From positions 84,665 to 148,664 of the forward strand of contig CAKPIG010000003.1 of the NCBI GenBank assembly GCA_934162255.1: a stretch of 64,000 bases of DNA, read 5' to 3'. Position 1 is the first letter of the stretch, and each line of letters starts with the position of its first letter. Both the position numbers and the translations under genes were made by a program. This DNA comes from an uncultured Clostridia bacterium (lineage in GTDB: Bacteria; Bacillota; Clostridia; TANB77; CAG-508). Below the pieces are notes generated by a model. It did not search any database. It was not told the DNA's origin and was given only the letters and a program-made list of their open reading frames with translations. Positions 59,267 to 64,000 of the stretch are shown piece after piece.

Positions 59267-60053
59267 AAAAGTATTATCTGAAGATAGAAGGACATACTTA
59301 AAAAAAAGAAAGTTAAAAAAGGTAGAAATTTTATTTACACAAATTTTTATTGTAATTGCTTTTATAGGAATTTGGGAATTATTAGCGAGAGCTGGCAAAA
59401 TAGATAGCTTTATAACAAGCCAACCATCAAGAATTTTAAAAACATTTATGAATTTATCTTCGAATGATTTATTAAAACATTTAAAGATTACATTAACAGA
59501 AACTCTATTAGGTTTTTCGTTAGGTGTTACATCAGGAATAATAATAGCAATAATATTATGGTGGTCACCATTTATATCAAAAGTGGCTGAACCATTTTTA
59601 GTAATATTAAATAGTCTTCCTAAAATTGCATTAGGTCCTGTTATTATAATTTGGGTTGGTGCAGGAATGCCTGCTATAATTGTGATGGCATTAGCAATTT
59701 CATTAATTGTAACAATTCTTGAAATACTAAATGGTTTCTTAAATACGGACAAAGAAAAAATAAAAATGGCAAAAACATTTAAAGCAAATAAAATACAAAT
59801 ATTAACTAAAATTGTAATTCCATCTAATATATCTACATTCTTCAACAGTTTAAAGGTAAATATAGGATTATCTTTGGTGGGCGTAATATCTGGTGAATTT
59901 TTAGTGTCAAAAGGTGGATTAGGCTATTTAATTGTATATGGTGGGCAAGTATTTCAACTTGATTTAGTAATGACTAGTGTTATAATACTAGCAGTTGTTG
60001 CAGCTCTCATGTATGAGAGTATAGTACTATTAGAAAAAAGATTTGCAAAATAA
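59253..60053 (+). CDS. ABC permease (NitT/TauT family, BPD-type)
   Basis: Polytopic, with a conserved LVILNSLPKIALGPVIIIWVG-type loop region. AGGAG sits 10 nt before ATG 59253. Confidence 0.85.
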   Translation: MKKFKKVLSEDRRTYLKKRKLKKVEILFTQIFIVIAFIGIWELLARAGKIDSFITSQPSRILKTFMNLSSNDLLKHLKITLTETLLGFSLGVTSGIIIAIILWWSPFISKVAEPFLVILNSLPKIALGPVIIIWVGAGMPAIIVMALAISLIVTILEILNGFLNTDKEKIKMAKTFKANKIQILTKIVIPSNISTFFNSLKVNIGLSLVGVISGEFLVSKGGLGYLIVYGGQVFQLDLVMTSVIILAVVAALMYESIVLLEKRFAK

Positions 60054-60116
60054 TTAATTTATTTTCACATACTCCTTTACGTAGACATAAACTATAGTAT
60101 ATAAAAGGAGGTAAGA

Positions 60117-61127
60117 ATGAAAAAGTTAATCATAACTATTATTGCTATTTTATTAGTTGCAACTGCTGTTTTTATAACATATAAAAGTGTTAATTTACAA
60201 AAAGAAGAAATTGGATTAAAAACAATTCAATTAAATGAGGTAACCAGATCTGTATTTTATGCACCACAATATGTAGCAATTTCAAATGGCTTTTTTGAGC
60301 AAGAAGGTTTAAAACTAGACATTACTACAGGTCAAGGTGCAGATAAGGTAATGACCGCAATACTTTCAGGTCAAAGTGATATTGGACTTTGCGGACCAGA
60401 AGCGGCAATATATGTTTATAATGAAGGAAAAGAAGATTATATAGAAGTATTTGCACAATTAACTCAAAAAGATGGATCATTTTTAGTAAGCAAAGAGCCA
60501 ACAAACAACTTTTCATGGAATGATTTAAAAGGAAAAACAGTTATTCCGGGCAGAAAAGGTGGAGTTCCATATATGACATTAGAATATGTACTTAAACAAA
60601 ATGGATTAAATCCTCAAACAGATTTGACTTTAGATGATAGTATTAAATTTGACTTAATGGCAGGAGCTTTTACAGGTGGAAATGCTGATTATGTAACATT
60701 ATTTGAACCAACAGCGTCAATGACACAAGATGCAAAAAAAGGATATATTGTAGCTTCAGTTGGAGAGGCTGCAGGAGAAGTCCCATATACAGCATATTGT
60801 GCTAAAAAGAGTTATATTGCAAATAATCAAGATATAATAGAAAAATTTACAAGAGCAACATATAAAGGTGAGCAATGGGTAAAAGAACATACAGCTAAAG
60901 AAATAGCTGAAAAAATTCAACAATTCTTTCCAGATACTACAGTGGAATCTTTAGAAACTTCAGTACAAAAATATAAAGATATCGATGCTTGGAAAGAAAA
61001 TCCAATATTAAAAGAAAATGCTTTTAATAAATTACAAGAAATTATGACTGAAGCAGGGGAATTAACACAAAAAGCACCATATAATAAAATAGTTAATAAT
61101 ACATTTTCAGAAAAAGTTAGTAAATAG
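60117..61127 (+). CDS. ABC substrate-binding protein (NMT1/THI5-like, SsuA-type)
   Basis: N-terminal anchor plus a periplasmic-binding fold pattern (FYAPQYVAISNGFFEQEGL). AGGAGG RBS. Confidence 0.8.
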   Translation: MKKLIITIIAILLVATAVFITYKSVNLQKEEIGLKTIQLNEVTRSVFYAPQYVAISNGFFEQEGLKLDITTGQGADKVMTAILSGQSDIGLCGPEAAIYVYNEGKEDYIEVFAQLTQKDGSFLVSKEPTNNFSWNDLKGKTVIPGRKGGVPYMTLEYVLKQNGLNPQTDLTLDDSIKFDLMAGAFTGGNADYVTLFEPTASMTQDAKKGYIVASVGEAAGEVPYTAYCAKKSYIANNQDIIEKFTRATYKGEQWVKEHTAKEIAEKIQQFFPDTTVESLETSVQKYKDIDAWKENPILKENAFNKLQEIMTEAGELTQKAPYNKIVNNTFSEKVSK

Positions 61128-61155
61128 TATAGACATATTGAATGATTTATAATAT

Positions 61156-61190
61156 AATACATCTAGTATTGAATACTAGATGTATTTTTT
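61156..61190 (+). terminator. Intrinsic terminator
   Basis: Perfect 13-bp stem AATACATCTAGTA / TACTAGATGTATT followed by a T-run. Confidence 0.85.
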
Positions 61191-61202
61191 AGGAGGTTAC
61201 TT

Positions 61203-61877
61203 ATGAAAAGAACAAAATTAAAAGACCGCATTCTGCCAACATATACAAAAGGTGAAGAGATTTTTAATATGGTTTCACATATTGTTGGAGGAGCTGCAGG
61301 AGTAATAACAGTTGTATTATGCTCAATTATAGGTGCTATACATCATAATCCATATGGAATAGTAAGTGGAGTAATATTTGGAGTTTCAATGATATTTTTA
61401 TACACAATGTCAAGTATATATCATGGTTTAAGTCCAAAATTAAAATCCAAAAAGATATTTCAAATATTAGACCATTGTGCAATATTTGTACTTATTGCTG
61501 GTTCATATACACCATTTGCATTATGTACATTAAGAAGTTATTCTACAGCTTTAGGTTGGACAATTTTTGGTATAATTTGGGGCTTTGCAGCATTAGGAAT
61601 AACTTTAAATTCAATTGATTTAAAAAAATACAAAGTTTTTTCTATGGCATGTTACCTAATAATGGGGTGGTGTATAATTGCTAAAGCTTCACTATTACCA
61701 GAATTACTAACAATGCCTGGATTTATACTATTACTATCTGGTGGAATTGTCTATACAATAGGAGCAGTATTATATGGATTAGGCAAAAAACACAAATATA
61801 TACATTCAATATTTCATTTGTGTGTATTTTTTGGAAATCTATTACATGTAATTTGTATATTATTATATGTAATATAA
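61203..61877 (+). CDS. Hemolysin III / PAQR-family membrane protein
   Basis: Seven-TM pattern with SSIYHG, LDHCAIF and HSIFHLCV histidine motifs. Confidence 0.8.
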   Translation: MKRTKLKDRILPTYTKGEEIFNMVSHIVGGAAGVITVVLCSIIGAIHHNPYGIVSGVIFGVSMIFLYTMSSIYHGLSPKLKSKKIFQILDHCAIFVLIAGSYTPFALCTLRSYSTALGWTIFGIIWGFAALGITLNSIDLKKYKVFSMACYLIMGWCIIAKASLLPELLTMPGFILLLSGGIVYTIGAVLYGLGKKHKYIHSIFHLCVFFGNLLHVICILLYVI

Positions 61878-61964
61878 ATATACTACTTGTAGTTTTGAAA
61901 AAATTGTCGTATAATAAGAGTGTATATTGCCAAGAGCAATAATAAATATAAGGAGGTCTTCTAA

Positions 61965-62354
61965 ATGCAGGAAGGAAAGAATTACAAAGATGTATTCTCA
62001 CCAGAAGATGCAAAACGGTGTAAAATAACACCACTGCACATTGCTGTAGCTGAAAATGATTTAGAATGCTGTAGAAATTTATTACGAGAAGGAGCATATC
62101 CAAATGGAATATTAAAACTTACTCATCGCAATAAGTTAGCATGGGAATTTAATGGAGCATTGACCCCTTATGATATAGCAGTAGCTAATCAAAATAGGGA
62201 AATTCAGAAGTTATTAATTTCTTATGGTGGTAGGGGGTCAACTGTTGAAGAACAGCTTGTATCTGTTTTGGAGTTATTAACAAAAGTAAGGACAGCTAGA
62301 GGAAATATGGCCTGTAAAATAATAAAAAAAATTCTAAAAGAAATGGAAGACTAA
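61965..62354 (+). CDS. Ankyrin-repeat protein (129 aa)
   Basis: ITPLHIAVAENDLECCRNLLREGAYPN and LTPYDIAVANQNREIQKLLISYG match the ankyrin repeat consensus. AAGGAGG RBS. Confidence 0.65.
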   Translation: MQEGKNYKDVFSPEDAKRCKITPLHIAVAENDLECCRNLLREGAYPNGILKLTHRNKLAWEFNGALTPYDIAVANQNREIQKLLISYGGRGSTVEEQLVSVLELLTKVRTARGNMACKIIKKILKEMED

Positions 62355-62356
62355 GG

Positions 62357-62395
62357 AAAATGAGGATAAGTGTAAATTTACTTATCCTCATTTTT
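62357..62395 (+). terminator. Intrinsic terminator
   Basis: Perfect 14-bp stem AAAATGAGGATAAG / CTTATCCTCATTTT. Confidence 0.85.
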
Positions 62396-62451
62396 CGACA
62401 AAATCTCTTTTTCTATCATATTATATATAAAATGAAAGGAGGGAGATTTTT

Positions 62452-63030
62452 GTGAATTTAGAAAATAAAAGGATAGGTTTTGTTCTTACAGGCTCATTTT
62501 GCACATTTGAAAAAACAATATCTGAAATAAAAAAAATAGTAAAATTAGGTGGCAAAGTCACACCAATAATGTCACATAATAGTTATACTATGGACACTAA
62601 ATTTGGAAAAGCAGAAGATTTCATAAAAGAAATAGAAGAAATTACACAAGAAAAAATTCTTCATACAATTCAAGAAGTAGAACCTATTGGTCCTAAAGAT
62701 ATGTTAGATATAATGATTGTTGCTCCTGCAACTGGTAATACAATAGCTAAACTTGCAAATGACATAATAGATGGTCCTGCTACAATGGCAGTTAAATCTC
62801 ATTTAAGAAGAGAAAGACCTGTAGTAATTGCTGTGTCTACTAATAATGGACTTTCTAGTGCTTGTGAAAACATAGGCAAGCTACTTAATAGAAATAATTA
62901 TTTTTTTGTACCATTTAAGCAAGATAACCCTATAACTAAGCCACGTTCTATCGTATTTGATCCATCTTATATAGTAAAAACTTTGGAAATGGCCTTAGAT
63001 AAAGAACAAGTTCAGCCAATATTATTATGA
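62452..63030 (+). CDS. dpaB: Dipicolinate synthase subunit B (flavoprotein)
   Basis: Collinear with my recollection of B. subtilis SpoVFB: KRIGF.LTGS.CT, VAP.TGN..AKLAN, RPVV...STN. and QPIL at the C-terminus. GTG start 9 nt after GGAGG. Confidence 0.85.
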   Translation: MNLENKRIGFVLTGSFCTFEKTISEIKKIVKLGGKVTPIMSHNSYTMDTKFGKAEDFIKEIEEITQEKILHTIQEVEPIGPKDMLDIMIVAPATGNTIAKLANDIIDGPATMAVKSHLRRERPVVIAVSTNNGLSSACENIGKLLNRNNYFFVPFKQDNPITKPRSIVFDPSYIVKTLEMALDKEQVQPILL

Positions 63031-63047
63031 ATATAAATGAGAAGGAA

Positions 63048-63548
63048 TCAATCCTTCTCAAATTTAAATAAACTTTTTTTCTTGATAAAATCTGAAAACT
63101 CTGATGGCTCACCTTTTGAAAAGCCTTTTTTATTAACTAAAGCTGCATTTTCTTTATCTACATATAAATAAAAATAATCTGATGTTTCAATTACTTTATG
63201 CAATCTTATATAATATACTTTTTGACCATTCATTGTAAAATAATGTTCTCCAAAACAGAAAACACAAATTAATTGTTTGTTGTTTTTTAATTTATTGGAA
63301 CTTTTCTTATATTTATAAGCAGGTACAAATATTCTATATATCAAAAAAGCTAGTATAATTAAAATAAATAGAAGTGATAAAAGAACATTTTTTTGTTTTG
63401 CATTAATAATAAAACAATACAAAAATATAAGAACATAAATTAATGTATAAAGCTTATAATATGTATTATATTTATTATTATGAAATTCTACAAATTGATT
63501 ATAATTTTTACTATTATACTTGGTAGTATTTTTAAACAATATTTTCAT
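63048..63548 (-). CDS. YcxB-like membrane protein
   Basis: Two central TM segments and a C-terminal region resembling the YcxB-like domain. Weak call. Confidence 0.4.
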   Translation of the reverse strand: MKILFKNTTKYNSKNYNQFVEFHNNKYNTYYKLYTLIYVLIFLYCFIINAKQKNVLLSLLFILIILAFLIYRIFVPAYKYKKSSNKLKNNKQLICVFCFGEHYFTMNGQKVYYIRLHKVIETSDYFYLYVDKENAALVNKKGFSKGEPSEFSDFIKKKSLFKFEKD

Positions 63549-63557
63549 ATGCTTCTC

Positions 63558-64000
63558 CTATAAATTAGCTAAAGGGTTACTTTCTACAGCGTTACGAACT
63601 TGTTCATTACTTACATGTGTATATATTTCTGTGGTAGAAATACTTTGATGTCCTAAAAGTTCTTGCAAAGCTCTAATATCAACATTTCCATATTGATACA
63701 TAAGAGTTGCAGCTGTATGTCTTAACTTATGAACAGATAATTTCTTTGCATCAAGCCCAGCTAATCGTAATTCTTTATTTATTATTTCCTGAACAGTCCT
63801 ATTACTAATTCTTCTTTTTTGCTCACTTATAAATAATGCTTTTTCTGAATTTTTCGAATCATGTTTAATTAGATTCTTTGGAGGTCTAGAAGAAAGATAA
63901 TCATTTATAGCAATCATACATGCTTTATTTAAATAAATAGTTCTCTCTTTATTACCTTTACCTATAACAGTCATCTTACATTCACTAAAATCTATATCAT
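63558..64000 (-). CDS. Tyrosine recombinase (XerC/XerD-like), C-terminal catalytic part; N-terminus outside window
   Basis: VIGKGNKER, HKLRHTAAT and LLGHQSISTTEIYTHV catalytic motifs. The frame is still open at the window edge. Confidence 0.8.
   Translation of the reverse strand, partial: DIDFSECKMTVIGKGNKERTIYLNKACMIAINDYLSSRPPKNLIKHDSKNSEKALFISEQKRRISNRTVQEIINKELRLAGLDAKKLSVHKLRHTAATLMYQYGNVDIRALQELLGHQSISTTEIYTHVSNEQVRNAVESNPLANL

Noticed and set aside
1-64000. CRISPR arrays, IS elements, prophage or known defence-system gene sets
   Set aside because: No spaced identical repeats of 25-40 nt. No cas, transposase, terminase, capsid, restriction-modification or reverse transcriptase-like ORFs. 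The only recombinase is the partial Xer-like gene at the right edge.

Overview
AT-rich chromosomal segment from an endospore-forming Firmicute, Clostridia-like. It carries a complete spoIIIAA-AH operon, dpaB and a GerA-family germination gene. Most genes are on the + strand, tightly packed, with GGAGG-type ribosome-binding sites and clear hairpin terminators. Content is mainly core or housekeeping. Recognisable genes are ogt-tag, dnaE, a P-type cation ATPase, a peroxiredoxin, nrdDG, yebC, a dGTPase-like HD protein, an MscS channel, clpB, tyrS, and two tandem mgtE copies. There are also three ABC systems and two OmpR-type two-component systems. I see no CRISPR array, no transposase or IS element and no prophage block. 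The only recombinase is a truncated Xer-like gene at the right edge. Accessory-looking parts are a visibly GC-richer, self-contained sortase-type adhesin cassette (22.5-25.0 kb), a divergent membrane-anchored serpin-like gene, an orphan pilin-like gene, a lone PIN-domain gene and a microprotein/transglutaminase-like pair coupled to ogt-tag. Non-coding content is a solitary tRNA-Glu(CUC), a rod-shaped 6S-like RNA and a possible yybP-ykoY (Mn2+)-like leader that abuts the tRNA upstream of the P-type ATPase. There are also three separate sets of 11-bp-phased direct repeats and a CIRCE-like inverted repeat on the clpB promoter. I did not find a convincing multi-gene novel system such as a defence island. 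The items most worth follow-up are the tRNA-leader-ATPase arrangement, the 4 x 11-bp TGTAATA array, the mini-ORF/terminator ahead of the duplicated mgtE genes, the orphan dpaB, and the pilin-like and serpin-like exported proteins. All functional calls come from motif recognition by eye. No database search was run.
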